Below, piece after piece: positions 47,243 through 60,683 of a stretch of DNA of 64,000 bases. Position 1 is the first letter of the stretch, and each line of letters starts with the position of its first letter. Where the stretch lies: the NCBI GenBank assembly GCA_964106915.2, contig OZ066915.1; one strand, given 5' to 3'. The translations under genes and the position numbers were made by a program. Source of the stretch: Podarcis gaigeae. Its lineage: Eukaryota. Under the pieces are notes generated by a model. It worked only from the letters and a program-made list of their open reading frames with translations, searched no databases and was not told where the DNA came from.

Positions 47243-49410
47243 GCAGCTGTGAGATGCAAAGTCCATTGTAATCTGCAACAATGTAGGGTTCAGTGCCTTA
47301 TCTAGTAATTAAGAACGACAAGTGATTTGTGTTCTGGAACCAATCAATTTCCAATGGCAGGTGCAGTGCAAATAATATACCATAAGCAAGGCAGGAGCAC
47401 CACACACGTTAGGAAAGAAACAGCAGGCCAAAAAAAATGGCTTCTAATTTCTACCTTCATCTGCCTGGTTATATAGCGAAGACAAATCTAAACTGTTTTA
47501 GCTGCTCTTTTCTTTTTCATCAGAAGAGAAGTTTAAAGAGTGCAGGACTGAAGAAATATTTCCACAAAGGGAGTTGCAGGTCCGCAATACATGCTCCCTC
47601 AGTTCCCCTCTTCCCACAAAGCTTGACACTGGCAGGAGGTTTAGTTGAGATTGTAGTTCCTTTTGTTAACAGGAAAATATGGCTCATGCTGTCAATACAT
47701 ACACTGGGGCGTGTGCCCCCGGGGTGGGTGTTACCTGGTTTCCTAAGTTCAGCGTTTGCCAGAATAGTATTCTTAGGGGTCCTATGCAGAACCCTCAGTG
47801 GTCAGGCCAAAACATTGTTCCGTTTCTCTACCACCTCCAATAAACCAATAGGGACCAGTGTTTGCAGTACTCTGAAATATAAGATACTGCACACAAACCT
47901 ACTCTGGGGCCTTGTTGATGTGGTCTTTTTTGCCTTTAGTGTACTGAGCTGCAGAGCAACACAGCTGAAGAGGGTCCTCTCTATGCCATCGACAAGACCT
48001 CATGCTTGAAATCAGCATGGTTTCCAAACTGGATTCAGGAGTGCCTTTAACAGGGCTGGCCCGAGACATTTTTCTGCCTGAGATGGAACGGCAAATGGTT
48101 GCCCCTCACCTTTTCCCCCAAGCAAGGTGCATAGTACCCAAAGCTGACCAAGTTACTTTGATGCTTGAATGAGAAAAATACCACAAGCATCTCGCCTAGG
48201 GAGTAAGAATAAAGCAATACGTTAAAGCACTACTAATGTGCAGGCCTTTCATGACACCCCAAACGGGCTGCCTCACTAATGGCAGGGCTGTCGCTGGCCT
48301 TTCACCATTGATGTCTGGGGTCAGACATATTGCCAAATTATATTTCGTAAGCACAGAGAAAACTGAATGCAAGAAAGGAGCACAGGTGTCCTTTGGCCTG
48401 CTATTTATCACTCACATTTCGTGACTGGAGGGCACAATGGCCCTCAGACAAGCTGCCTCACAGGATCACTATAAAGCTCAAACAATGCTCATTTCTGCGC
48501 TCACTGGAAAGTTGGCATTAGAAATGTGATCATCTTCCCTCAGAACACAGAAGCTTAATTTCTCACAGGATTTTCCTTTTTCCAAGGCAAAACACAAAAG
48601 GTTAAAATAACATCTGGTTTATTGGATTCAGACCAATCCGCCCAGGTTTTATAAAAGCTGCTAGCATCTTTTTTGACTTGAATTCAAATATGTGCGCGGG
48701 GGCGGGGGGAGAAATAGGAGTCCTAATAGTTGCTAACCAATATCCACCCTCCACTTAGGAATTTGATTTGGGAATGCAGATAATGAAAGACTCTGGATGG
48801 TAAGTACGTTTGAAAACTTGAGCTGTTGAAGCAGTCATAGAGCTGGGAAATTAGCCAAGCAATGGATAATAGGGTTTATAGTCTGACTATAATCTTATCC
48901 AGGTTCTCAAAAGAACACCTGGGGAAATAAAGGTGGGGGCAGAGAGAGGGTGTGAGATGAGGAGGGGGCTGTGGGTGCCAGCTCCACCTGCATGTCCCCA
49001 TTGATTCCACCCCCCAACCTTTGAGCACTGGGTCAAATATATGCATGGATTATCAGCATACAAGTAGACGATGTGTGGTTGGAATGTTTTTTCCTACTAA
49101 ATAGATTTGACACACCCTTTACTAATTCCTTTTCACCTACTGTTATGCAATTTTTAGTTATTCAAACATACCAAATGCTTAGCTATGTCTCTATTGGCTT
49201 GAAAGGGATTTGTGTTCATAACTCTTACCTCCAGTAATTTGAGAGTGCTATTTGCTTCTCTCAGTCCACTAGAGACCATTGCCTTTATTTGAAACAGGAA
49301 GTGAATAGTCATTCTGAACATAGGAGTAGGGGAGAAGTGCAACTCCACATACTTTCTCAAGGTCCGATTACTTTGGAAACTTTTTTTGTAAATAATCACA
49401 CCCATGTTAA

Positions 49411-49421
49411 GTGTGTGTGTC

Positions 49422-49457
<36 letters not shown>

Positions 49458-49467
49458 TGAGTGAGTG
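49411..49467. repeat. (TG)n(AG)n compound microsatellite
   Basis: Direct reading. Confidence 0.93.
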
Positions 49468-50352
49468 AAAGAACACAATCATCTAAGTTTCTCTAACTTA
49501 TCCCACTGTCTCTCTTATATTTTGAAGAAAGGCCTCACAGAATTTATGATTCACTCAATTCATGCATTTGACAACCCCAACATCCTCACTTTTATATAGA
49601 TGCTGGTATGTGCACACCTATGTAAAATCTAGCATTTTTCCCCAGCTGAGACAACATCTGTTTGGGTGAGGCTAAAGTACTAGATATAAATTACTATAAG
49701 CTGCAGGAAAACCTTGTTCATCAAGGCCCCGGTACCTTTGTGCATGGAAAGCGGTTTCATCCTATCCCTCTACTCTTGGGTGTCTATACATTATTCCTTC
49801 CCCAAATCCATTTTTTGAGTTCTGGGACTTGAAAACAGTCTGGGGACAAACTCCACTAGCTCTGATAAAATTTCCTCTCTACCCCAAGTGATATTACACG
49901 CATGCTATTTCTTTCTGCATTTACCTCCCCCCTTCTGCATTTTTTCTTGAGCAATTACTGGTTAAAGTCTTTCATTTTAGGTAGATGCATGGCACTGGAG
50001 AACAAGTATGCAACCTACTGATTTCCCAACACCCCAAAAATTCTTAAACCTGCATAAAGGATAACATCTCTTTCCTATTGGCTTTTAAATTTCTTGGTAT
50101 TAGAGGGCCTGGCACAGGCAGAAAGAATACCCAGGTTCAGAACCTTGCCAGTTTAGTAATATCTAGCCTAGTCTGTTAAGGCAATTTGTTAGCACAACTG
50201 AAAGACTAGATGAGTTATTCATTAACAGGACCCCAGCTTGTTTCTACTGCTATCTGAACATGCTATCTGTTATATCTGCAATGATTATAATTGGAGGATG
50301 GGAAAAGAAAACACCACCATAAAATACAGAACTAGTATACACCATCTGAAAA

Positions 50353-50358
50353 TTTATT
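50353..50358 (-). terminator. ALAS1 polyadenylation signal
   Basis: AATAAA on the minus strand about 115 nt after the stop, followed by GU/U-rich sequence. Confidence 0.75.
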
Positions 50359-50472
50359 TTCAGGAATTCTGTTCTTAAGCTACGGAATAAAATGCATGTC
50401 ATATGCAGGAAAGAGGCTACAGTGAACATTTGAACACTAGACAACTAGACATAGATAGGACTATAGTTTGCT

Positions 50473-50633
50473 TTATGCAGTCGCTGACACAAGTTTGCTC
50501 ATTCCACTGAAGTAGGATCTTTCCCTTTCACTCATTACTTCAAAGTGAAGGGGTCGCCTGCAGAAGTTGCATTCAGCAGAGGAGTGTGGCTTCAGCTCCA
50601 GGCCAACTTCCTTCCAAGTAGCTAACAGATTCT
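50473..50633 (-). CDS. ALAS1: ALAS1 last coding exon
   Basis: [32 protein letters not shown]...VSATA*. Confidence 0.95.
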
Positions 50634-53600
50634 CTGCAAGAGAAGGAAACTCTGGTAATTGCAGAGACAAAGCAAACACTCTTGCTAATCTGTAGCATGA
50701 AGACACAAAACAACTAATACAAGGTTCATCCTTATTAGCTTTCTTTAACACAGTAGCCTTGAATTTTAAAACCCTAATGACCCCGTTATGTTCAAAGGTT
50801 TCATGGCCCTTTGCCTGTTACAGGTTTACTAGGAGAGACAACCTCAATTCTTGTATTACCTGCTAGACAATATTCCCTTTTGGAGGAAGCCTCCAAAACC
50901 CTACGCAAATCTGAAATGGAGTCTCTAAAACGGTTGGATGGAGCCTTGTACGCCTCCTTCCAGCAACTCCTGGTGCCAAACGTATTGCTCAACCTTCCTT
51001 TGGATCACATCAGTGAGGCCAAGAGGGGCAGCCCAAGCCTGCGCCACAAAGAGGTCACTTCAGTTTGATTTCACCCCCAGAGGTGAACTCCATTGTCTCT
51101 TGAGACAGATGAATGCCAACAACTGTTTAGTAAGCTTGTGTGTGTTAGGACAGAAATAGCAGATTTACTGGCACTAACCCAGTACTTGAGGGACGCAGGT
51201 GGCGCTGTGGATTAAACCACAGAGCCTAGGACTTGCCGATCAGAAGGTCGGCGGTTCGAATCCCCGTGATGGGGTGAGCTCCCGTTGCTCGGTCCTTGCT
51301 CCTGCCAACCTAGCAGTTCGAAAGCACATCAAAGTGCAAGTAGATAAATAGGTACCGCTCCAGTAGGAAGGTAAATGGCGTTTCCGTGCGCTGCTCCGGT
51401 TCACCAGAAGTAGCTTAGTCATGCTGGCCACATGACCCGGAAGCTGTACGCCGGCTCCCTTGGCCAATAAAGCGAGATGAGTGCCGCAACCCCAGAGTCG
51501 GCCACGACTGGACCTAATGGTCAGGGGTCCCTTTACCTTTACCCCAGCAATCTAACCTGATCACAAAAAAACTTTACTGGTCTCAAATTCAGTTTTATAT
51601 ATTGCACTGTGTAAGCTTATGTACATTTTAGGAAGTGGTACTTGCAGTCACCCATCCTGCTTCTCATGTTTATGATAGTTCAGCCTTAGGGACAAAGCAC
51701 ATTTTTTTCTGTAGGGGTAACCCTATTTGAGCATTAATTACTTAGGGGATTCCAGTTACATGCGGGGGTACAGCAGGGCCATGCTCCACATAAAAGGCTC
51801 CCCATGCATGATCAGGGTTTAAAGTCACATGGGGGAGTCTGAGTGTAGAGTGGGCTCCTAGCTTCAGCCTTCAACCTTAATGAGAATAAGGGGTGTTGTG
51901 GATACGGCAGCCCTACTCTCTGCCACACGTGATTGGAATTGTGCAAGCAATAAGTGCCCAAATAGTTCTTTAGCACTATAGTCAGAAAAGTGTTAGGAAA
52001 TGATGCTGTGCTTTTATGTCTTTGTTCACTCACCAATAAAATAGTTCATCATTTGTGGTGTATGATGTGGGGTAGGGGCAATACGTAGCAGCTCTTCCCC
52101 ACGTGGCACAGTGGGGTAGTTTATCGCTTGGACGTAGATGCTATGCTGGCTCATCATTTTGTCACAGATCTCAGTATTTTTAGCAGCATCTGAAACCTGA
52201 GGCAGAAAGATTATTTCTAGACACATTTCCAAGACTGTAAAAATACATTATTTGCACCACCAAGGACCAACTAGGTGTTCCCATGACCAGACTCCCAAAG
52301 TTATAGTTACAAAGACCTGTACTTATAGACACTGCTAGTTGCATGAACTATTAACCAGTAAGATACAAGCTAAAACTAGGAGGCAAGTGCTTTGGGGTGG
52401 GGTGGAAGCGGAAAAGGCAGGGAGAACGAAGCACATGTGTGTGGTCCAAGAAGGCCAGTGATATACTCCTGTGCCACTTCTCTTGCCAGGGAGACCTCAG
52501 GGTATCCCCATCCCAGGTTCCTTCAATAGACCATGTGGGCTTCATAACAATCTCTTCCCTAATCAATGTCAGATTGCTGTATTCTGTGGGTCCTGGGCAG
52601 GAAAGCAAAGAAATGCAGGTTGCCATCAATCTCCTACTCTCTCAATCTGTGTTTTATGCATAAATTTAAACTGAAACAGTGGGGGGGGGGGGATTGCTGA
52701 AGTCATAACCATTAAGATGCCTCTTGGGGAACTAGGGAAGATACCATATTCTACAGAGTTCAACAAGATAAAGAATGTAAATGCATACAGATTTAATTAT
52801 GAAATTTCTGTGGGACATAAAAGAACAATGGAGTTTTTATGTACAGGATTAAGTCTTTAAATATTTACCCTGATAGGAATGATGTGACTGGGACAGTGCA
52901 CTACAGGGAAGCCAGTATCCATCAGCATCTGTCTCATGAGTTTAACATTGCGTTGATGTTGGCGGCGAAGGACTTGCCCCTCTGCACTTTTGAGGATTCT
53001 CACAGACTCGAGAGCGCCAGCTAAGAGCATGGGGGGCAGGGACGTTGTAAAAATAAAGCCAGCAGCATAGGAACGGACAGTGTCTATCAGAGAACATGTA
53101 CTGGCCACGTAACCCCCTACACAGCCAAAAGCTTTGCCTGCAGGAAAAACAAGCAAAAGGTTATTTTATCCTTGGCTTACAGTTCTTTTGATACCTAACC
53201 ACTAATTTTGGTAAAAAGCAGATGTTTAACAAGCAATGCAGTATTTTGATCCCTCTTCTACAGAAGAGAGCTGTTTTAAGTCTTCATACAACAGAGTAAG
53301 GTGGTATGTTCAATACAGAACTACCACCCCAGTTTTAAATAAGCTGCTTAAAGGTGTGCACACACAAACACATGTATACAGGGAAAGTACATAAAGAAAA
53401 CGCCTGACCACATCTGAAAAGGCAGACATGAAGCCATCTTTGGGGAATCAGTACATTTTGACATCACATGGCGACGCTTAAAAACAACTGTCAAACAGGT
53501 TTCAGTGGCAGGAGCAGTTTTCTAACTGGCCCACCAAGAGGGCTTCTAGGACCAAAAAAAATAGGAAGGATTAGCACAATATTCAGTCCTCTCTACTAGT

Positions 53601-56600
53601 TTTGCTACTTTGTGTTAACAGCGTCTTACTATCTACAGAGAAAGCATACCTTGTGTAAACCAATACCTCCAAAGGGAGGTACTCCTATATATCACTTGCA
53701 TAATAAGAGCAAGTAGTCTGGGGTGGGTACAACTTTGCAGTTGTTATGTAACACCAACTGCCAGTTCATAGTTCCTTAAAATTTATGGAGGTAAAGTGCT
53801 TCCACTGGTACATTGTTTTTACTGCAGCTTTTGAAATTGCAATAAGCATAGCCTTAACTGGTAAAACTTGTTGCCACGACATACATTTACTACTTCTGTT
53901 CCTACCAAATCTCCTTACACAACTCCCACGTCAGGTTTCAGGATTAAGAATGTTCTACTTTACAGAGTTAAGTTCAAGGTAAAGATAGGAGGACTCTGTA
54001 AAACAACCAACATTTTCACATACATTGATTTAATGCAGGAATGGAGGATCTACCACAAATACAAATTATCCTTGCAAATGGAATTACAAGGGTATGATCA
54101 TTCTGTTTTATGACTCATTCTTAGTCACTCTTACTCAAAATTAGAATGAACAGCACCAGTGTGCACATACCCAGCGTTCCAGAGATGATATCCATTTTAT
54201 TCATGACCCCATCTCTGTCTCCTATGCCTCCACCGTGAGTTCCATACAGCCCAACGGCATGTACTTCATCTACAAAGGTGATTGCCCCATGTTCATGAGC
54301 CACATCACAAAGCTCTTCCAACGGGCAGACTGCACCTAAAACAAGGTAATAGTAATATATCAAGTTCTTGCATTTCAGAACCCGTGTCTTCCCAGTTTTC
54401 AGGACCTGGAGCATGATATAGCAAGCATACCATCCATTGAGTGAACAGTTTCAAATGCAACAATTTTGGGAATAGATGGATCCGATTTTTTCAACAGTTC
54501 TCGGAGATGGCCAACATCGTTATGGCGAAAAATGTGCTTTGGCACTCTGCTGTTTCGAATCCCCTGAATCATAGAAGCGTGGTTTCCTGCATCCGAGTAG
54601 ATTTCACAACCTGAGGAGGGAAAGAGAGAGAGAGAAGGCCAATCAAATACTACATTGCAGCTTGATCATCTGTAACTGGATAGGATTAGGACAACTCACT
54701 AATCCAGCTAGAGAGAGATCGGGTTATCCCAACCTGAATGTAAAGAAACCTAGAGCAATAAGATTCTTGTGGGAACCTGTCAAACAAGATACCTGTATCT
54801 GAGGGAAAGGAGGCAGCAGGTTCAAACCTTGAACCCAGATATTACCCAGCTGGTCCTGCCTTTTGCAAGTCACCTCAATTTTCAAATTCTGTTCTTGGAA
54901 TTTTCCTGGCAACTATTGCTCAAATCCAGAATTGTTAGGAGAACCCCATTCTATGATTCTGGAAGGGAAGCAACATCACTGAACAGGGTAGTCTTTTAAG
55001 CAGGAAATCTAGTGAGTGAGCAGGGCAGGAATGATCCAGTGTTGCCTTGGTACCGCTGTGGCCACACATTATGTAGGAAGTGTCATTAGATACCCAGAAC
55101 ATAGGAAAAATATGTAAAGAAACAAAAAACCAAAGTGGTACCTTCAAATTCAGCTACCATACAGCCGCATCTTATACCCATTTAACTTGCGCAGTTTCAA
55201 CAAGCTGGCTGGAACTGTGCAAGTTAAATCCAAGCCTGGTGGAGAGGTTAAAAGTTATGTTTTTGCTAGGTCTGCTTGGGGTTACCCAGTACGTAAAGAG
55301 CTTTTAAGCTTCCTGTCTTGTCTGCGGGGGGAATGCGCGCTCAGAGCACCAGCTTTGGGATTTTTGCACACGATCTTGTGGGGCCATCCAGGTTCCTGCA
55401 AGATCTCACATGAACATCCCTAGCCTCCCAGAGGCAGTGTGCCAAGCAGGATGTGCCCAGCAAGCTTTTTTTGCACTGGGTCCACTTGGGGCTACCTGGC
55501 ATAAAAAGAACTTCTACATTTTCTGCTTTTACTTGGGAGGCAAAGCCTGCCCAGTGCACAGGCTATGGAAGTATGGGGGATTCTCTCTCCTCCTCACCTG
55601 CTAGCCGCCGGGGCGGCTCCAAGGGTTTGGGTATAAGCAATTTTCATGTATACACAGAATCCTTGGAACAAAACCCTAGACGCTATGCGCTTGCATTGTA
55701 CTTGCATTTTGTCTTCACACATCTAGTTTGGGTTTTTTCAGTTCAAAGCTTTTGATACAATTTCCATGAGGTGACAAAAACATGCACTTAACCTGGCTGG
55801 ATTGATTAAACTGCTAGCCACGTTCAACTCCAAGCTAGTTTAAGTGTTTGTCTTTAATTAATATGGGGCAATCTTGATGCAATTTGGTGTTTTACAGTAT
55901 TTGAAATGAATGTACCACGGAATATATATTTTTAGCAATTCCTTCAAGGTACAGTAGAACAGCATATTCATGTTAGATTTACCTGGCAACATTTTGGCTA
56001 GTGTGAAGAGTGTTGAATCATTTGCTACAAAGCAAGAAGAGAACAACAGAGCAGCATCTTTTCCATGGAGATCAGCCAATTCTTTCTCAAGATCAACATG
56101 GAATTTACTGGTTCCTGATATATTCCTGGTGCCTCCTGCTCCCGCACCATGCTGTTTCAGTGTTTCCCTGTGAGGAAGGTTCCAACAGGGTCATTAAACA
56201 CAACTTGAAGCAATCTCACATTCGCAAATAAGTTGCATTCCCATTCATGTAGGGGATAGTTGGCCTGAGTGATAAAGCCAAGCACAAACTAGGATAATTT
56301 GGGGGGGAATTTCATAGGTTACCAGCTTGAGATTTCTTAAAAAACATTCTTCATTATAAGCAAACTACTTGTGGTAATTAGAGGAGAAGCATTCTGTATT
56401 AAGAAATACAGTGGAACTCCATTTAATCTTTTAAAACCAGTTTGGTGTCATGTGGAAATATGATACAGGTGGGTGGCTCATTACAAAGAAAAGACAGTGA
56501 CAAAAGGTCCCCTAATAACCAAAGAGGACCTATAACTTAATAATTTGCTTGTAACCAACAATGGTGTTGGGTGGGCTTCTAAAAGACACAATGTAATTAG

Positions 56601-59228
56601 CCAACATTTTACTGTCAATTAAAAAACACTTACATAACAGCTCCACAAACTCTAGGATGACGACTCATCCCAAGATAATCATTGCTGCACCAGACAGACA
56701 CCTCTTTCTTGCTGCTATGGGATTCTGAATAGTCATCTGCCATGGGAAAAACCTGGGCTCTTCGGTTCACAGTTTTGAACACACGGTATGTATGATCTTT
56801 TCTTTTCTCATCAATTTTTTTCTCAAAGAACTGATCATACTGGAAAGTAGAAACAGCTAGAAGAGGAAGGCATTAGCACATGTAAGCAGCTAGAACAACC
56901 AACAAAGTTTATACAAGCTTTTGATTTCCATCAAGTTAAATAAGACTGTGCCTCACATTTCGGTAAGTTCTCCTGAAGCAGATGAGACACCCTTTCTGGT
57001 CTCTGTTTCAACATCATATCTTGGAATTTCTTCAACAAGCCATCATTTGGATTTTCCCCATCCATCTTAGTGTTTACCGCAACAGTACTTTCTGGTGTTT
57101 TGGCAAATTCTACATAGCAAGGTGGCATAAGAAAATTAAAGTAGTGATTGGACAGCTCAAATTAAATTTCATGTGTAAACAATGCAGTTGTTTTTAAAAA
57201 ATGTTACTGTAACTGAATGAAGTAGTATATTTAATGATTACAAGTACTTTTTTTCTTCAGAATAAGTCCTGGCAGTGCTGGGGATTCACATAGGGGATAA
57301 CTGTTTCTCAGCCCTCTACTGTTCATTTCATGATAGGTATCTTCCCAGTTTTATGTGTGTTAGTTATTTTCAAACTCAGGACTATCCCACATTTCCCCCC
57401 AAAAATCCAACCAATAAAACACAGCTGCATGAATCTACTCTAGTTAACTAGACAACAAAAGTTCATAGTTATACATGAACAACTGCTTAGCACTACACTG
57501 GTGTCCACTTGCTTTCTTCCCTGTATTGTGGCCTATTCAAAGTCCAAGTCACTGAGAATCAATTAGTGTTTCCCTAAAAGTAGCCATGCTTTCAGAGCAG
57601 AGGCAAGTGAAAGTCTGTTATTTTACAGTGCATTTAAAGCAGCATGTGAATTAACTGTCCCAAAGTGTTTTCCTCTATTTCATAACTGTACTTACAGGAA
57701 ACACCACCATTAGAAAGAGAGATCTTTGGCTCAGACAGGTTTCAGAACTATGATCATTATTATTACACCAACAACTAACTGTAAATAAAGCAGACAGAAA
57801 AACCCAAGCCAATGGATGTGCAACATGTGGATTCTGCAAGAGGTACACAATTTAAAGAGCTTGAGAAACTTGGACTAAACTTTGTTCAGTTTTGTCTCCT
57901 CTCTTTAAAATCTACCTAGCACGATTAGAACCAAATTTTATTAAACCTCCAAAGAGGTGATACCTTTTCTTACTGCTTGCATTTCTTCCACATCCTCCTG
58001 GAGTTCCAGGCTAGCTTTGCGGAAAACACTGCTGTTCCCTTCGTTCATCTGAGCTGCCAAGAATGGGCATTTAGTCACAGTGGCTTGGCTAGCACTCTGG
58101 CTAGCGGCAGGTGGGTGGCTCAATGGAAGTTGGGATCTGCTTATGTTTCGTTGGGCCACATCTGGTGAATTTCTGGCCTCTTGAATAAAAGAATAAAGTG
58201 TTTAGTATGCAACAAGGGTATCTGAGGTACTCATTTTGATAGGGGTGCTAGTTGTATCTGTCTTAAAATATATTTTATGTGTAATACCTTAAATATTATC
58301 CAGATACTGTAAGGATTGAAAACATTTTCATTCAGAAGCGCTGTTTAACTAACCAAACTAAAAAAATACTCAGAGAGCGGAAACACTACACTCTCCCCCC
58401 TGCCCAGCAACATATCAAACTATACTCAGAAAACTAAAGGGGAACACTAAACAAACGGACCAGTATTGTGAAAAGAAGAAATGGATGAATCGTTACATCA
58501 GTCCCATTATTAGTTTTGACATAAAGTATATTTGAACACACGACAGTTTTCTTTCATTAATGAGAAGTCTGCTTTTTTAGAAATATTTTAAAAATCAGGG
58601 TTATGCCTCACAATAACAGTGTATAACATATAGTTTTAACTGACGTCTTCAAGAGAACCAGTAGCACACTCTTATGTACATTTACTTAAAAGGAAATCCA
58701 ACTGAATCCATGGGATTTACTTCTAAGTTACAGTATATAGGATAAAAGCCTTAGACTGCAGTCCTATGCACACTTTGAAGGGTTGTACACCTCATTTAAT
58801 TAAGTGGGATTTTCTTCTAATGAAAAACATAGATTTGTACAGTTAGTATTTCCTAAGTTCTTGCTTCCTGAAGTTTCTCCTGCCAGGCTCTTGCCTTTAG
58901 TTAGCACTTCCTGATGCAGTGATGAAAACATATTTCAACAGCATGTAGAAAGCCTGTGATTATAGATATTTTAAGCAACAAAAGCAAAGTTCAAAAAAGG
59001 CAAAACTGTGGTGCCAGGTCATTTGCCATTTAAGATGCCCCTAAATCAGGAATGAGGAACCTGAGGCTCAGGGGCAAATGCAGCCTCTCAAGCCTATCTG
59101 GCCCCTGAATCTCTTTGCAAACCACACCCCGTGACCAACCACACTAGCCATTCTCCTCACCGGTCCCACTTCATACACTACTGCATGGCTGGAACGTGAA
59201 CTTTGATAATGCCTTTTGCTTGCCTAGA

Positions 59229-59268
<40 letters not shown>

Positions 59269-60683
59269 AAACTAGGGTACTGTTCAAAGGTAACATTTCC
59301 ATTTGTTGCTTTGCCCAGTTCTGTCTCTGCCCCCCCCCCCTACTGCTGGCATGTGGGCCCTGGAAGGTTGCCCTGCAAAAGCTTCATCAGTGTCATCCAC
59401 CGTATGCAATACTTTTTAAACTGTTCTTCACCCTTGTTCTTAGATTGTACAGAGAGCGAGTTACAATATACTCTGGCCTCTGTAACTGGGAAAAGGACGT
59501 TCAAAGTTCAGTCAGCCTACCACTTTCTCAAAAGTGAACTTGGCTAACATCATATTGCCTTGAAATAATAAACCATTTCCAATCATACTGCCAATAAAAA
59601 GTTAATTTTAAAATGTAATGCATCACTTCTATTATAATCACCACGGGCAAGATCCCATATCAAGGAGAGTTGGCACTGTTGTGCAAGCTATTTGCTATTC
59701 AAGCAGAAGTTGTATAACAATACAAAACAGGGTATCACAGATTAATTCTGTTTGACATGTCTATTGCCCTAAGCTGCCCACTCACTGGATTTGGCCATTG
59801 CACTACATTAAGAATGTCCCCCCCACCTTCCCCAATTGTATGGCTGTTGCACTCACAGGCTGCCATTACTAGATCTCACCCTATGTTTCAGAGTACTGTA
59901 AAGGTAAAGGTAAAGGTACCCCTGCCCGTACAGGCCAGTCGTGTCCGACTCTAGGGTTGCGCACCCATCTCACTTAAGAGGCCGGGAGCCAGCGCTGTCT
60001 GAAGACACTTCCGGGTCATGTGGCCAGCGTGACGAAGCTGCTCTGGCGAGCCAGCACCAGCGCAGCACACGGAAACGCCGTTTACCTTCCTGCTATAAAG
60101 TGGTACCTATTTATTTACTTGCAACTTAGGGGTGCTTTCAAACTGCTAGGTGGGCAGGAGCTGGGACCGAAAGACGGGAGCTCACCCCGCCGCGGGGATT
60201 CAAACCGCCGACCATACGATTGGCAAGTCCTAGGCACTGAGGTTTTACCCACAGCGCCACCCGCGTCAGAGTACTGTAGAATAAATTAAATTGCTGAACA
60301 GGTACAAACAAGCAGGCAATTCTAGGAGGTTTAACTGATGAATAAGATCAGGCCAATGGTATTGCAACTCCATTGGGTTCCAGAAGTATGCTCACTGCTG
60401 TATTTCAATTTAGTAAGGACAACATTTCAAGAAAGTTTCAAGTTATGCAGTATTAAATAGCAAAATCGCAAAGTTAAGCCTTACTCTCACTAGTTGAAGT
60501 GGTTTCTTCAGTTTGCTGACAGTGAGCAGATGAAGTACTCAGGGCACGTGAAGCAGGCTTAGTCGCAACTTCCATCATTTTAGGGCAGTTTTGGGCATAG
60601 AAAAGAAGGGATTTGCCAGCCTTTTGCAGGAAAGCCTGGGATACCCTTGACAGGAATGGGCAGCGGCGAACAACAGCTTCCAT
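50473..60683 (-). CDS. ALAS1: 5-aminolevulinate synthase 1 (housekeeping, mitochondrial), 637 aa: join of 60683..60485, 58179..57964, 57109..56957, 56856..56634, 56167..55983, 54610..54431, 54335..54171, 53137..52869, 52196..52034, 50633..50473
   Basis: [14 protein letters not shown]...QNCPKMM and TKCPFL haem-regulatory CP motifs; [43 protein letters not shown] (PLP lysine), [25 protein letters not shown]. Exon lengths sum to 1914 nt with consistent phases. The N-terminus is ALAS1-type, not ALAS2. Confidence 0.98.
51190..51543 (+). mobile_element. Sauria SINE in the last ALAS1 intron
   Basis: Closely similar to the 42754 copy; GGGACGCAGGTGGCGCTGTGG head, CTTTACCTTTACC tail. Confidence 0.92.
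52034..52196 (-). CDS. ALAS1: ALAS1 coding exon 9
   Basis: [11 protein letters not shown]...[23 protein letters not shown]. Confidence 0.95.
52869..53137 (-). CDS. ALAS1: ALAS1 coding exon 8
   Basis: [10 protein letters not shown]...SHIIPIR. Confidence 0.95.
54171..54335 (-). CDS. ALAS1: ALAS1 coding exon 7
   Basis: [14 protein letters not shown]...[12 protein letters not shown]...DIISGTL. Confidence 0.95.
54431..54610 (-). CDS. ALAS1: ALAS1 coding exon 6
   Basis: [21 protein letters not shown]...FETVHSMD. Confidence 0.95.
55983..56167 (-). CDS. ALAS1: ALAS1 coding exon 5
   Basis: [23 protein letters not shown]...TLAKMLP. Confidence 0.95.
56634..56856 (-). CDS. ALAS1: ALAS1 coding exon 4
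   Basis: [18 protein letters not shown]...[19 protein letters not shown]. Confidence 0.95.
56957..57109 (-). CDS. ALAS1: ALAS1 coding exon 3
   Basis: EFAKTPES...[15 protein letters not shown]; GTGAG donor. Confidence 0.93.
57964..58179 (-). CDS. ALAS1: ALAS1 coding exon 2
   Basis: cttttattcaAG acceptor; ...[10 protein letters not shown]...[14 protein letters not shown]; G|GTATC donor. Confidence 0.85.
59231..59267. repeat. (GT)n microsatellite
   Basis: About 18 units. Confidence 0.97.
59901..60266 (-). mobile_element. Sauria SINE (divergent subfamily) with 13-bp TSD
   Basis: (AAAGGT)n tail on the plus strand; TSD TCAGAGTACTGTA at 59888-59900 and 60266-60278. Confidence 0.92.
60485..60683 (-). 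CDS. ALAS1: ALAS1 coding exon 1 (exon starts at 60708)
   Basis: ATG 60683; acceptor AG at 60710-09; donor A|GTAAG. Confidence 0.95.

Noticed and set aside
47437-48009. 190-aa + strand ORF as a possible TLR9 remnant
   Set aside because: No LxxLxLxxN leucine-rich repeats or TIR boxes
50800-51110. ORF-like segment in the last ALAS1 intron
   Set aside because: Looks like a retroelement remnant; family not assignable and it does not fit the ALAS1 exon chain
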